Assembly: GCA_038087875.1 (NCBI GenBank)
Contig: JAXLNO010000674.1
Span: 1-62,000, forward strand
Length of the DNA stretch: 62,000 nt
Reading direction: 5' to 3'
From: Malacoraja senta
Lineage: Eukaryota
This document shows, piece after piece, positions 61,546-62,000 of the stretch. The notes beneath the pieces are model-generated. The model worked only from the letters and a program-made list of their open reading frames with translations, did no database searches and had not been told where the DNA came from. Within the stretch, counting starts at the first letter, position 1, and the number at the start of each line of letters is the position of its first letter. A program made the translations under genes and the position numbers.

Positions 61546-62000
61546 GTGGGAGAAAACTGGAGCACCTGGAAAAACCTTACATGGTCACAGGGAAAAAGGT
61601 CAATGGTGCTGCAAGGCAGCAACTCCATCGATGCACCACTGCGCTAACTTAAAACAGTGTAAATTGTCCCACACCAAGCAAATCTGGAAAGTCACATTCC
61701 ATTTCCTGTGGGGACTGCCTCAACTAAACTGATACCTAAATCAGTAACACATTGAATTGAAACATATCATTGTTCCATCTCGGTTCGTATAATAAAACAT
61801 TCTTCATTTGACTATCGATTTGAATCTTTTATGTCAGCGATTGTCTTGAACAGCAAAGGTAGACAAAAATGCTGGTGAAACTCAGCGGGTGAGGCAGCAT
61901 CAATGGAGCGAAGGAATAGGTGACGTTTTGGGTTGAGACCCATCTTCAGTGATGTGGGGTGGGGGGTGGTGTGGGGGGGGGGGAAGAAGAAAGGAAGAGG

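Overview
Eukaryotic, repeat-saturated vertebrate genomic DNA, most likely from a cartilaginous fish (skate/ray). This is inferred from abundant HE1/V-SINE-type tRNA SINEs, CR1/HER1 tails and Penelope termini. No intact host gene is visible. Two intron-containing host genes survive only as frameshifted minus-strand exon series. One is a divergent Spire-like actin nucleator (five ordered exons, KIND C-terminus to WH2-D, ~47.2-59.3 kb) that the ORF track misses. The other is the 3' end of a kelch-repeat gene (~24.3-30.5 kb). The mobile content is diverse: (1) four DIRS1-type tyrosine-recombinase retrotransposons, two fused head-to-tail at 32.2-44.9 kb with a junction identical to the circle junction; (2) three full-length Rex1/Babar LINEs, one with an intact ~1000-aa ORF; (3) a foamy(spuma)-like endogenous retrovirus pol remnant (RT-RNaseH-integrase, 12.3-14.2 kb); (4) L2, CR1, Tx1, RTEX/Proto2-like, BEL/Pao, hAT, Harbinger-MITE and SWIM-gene (ISL2EU/Kolobok-type) remnants; (5) many Penelope-derived termini carrying minimal hammerhead-ribozyme cores. 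All assignments come from manual translation and motif recall; no database search was run.
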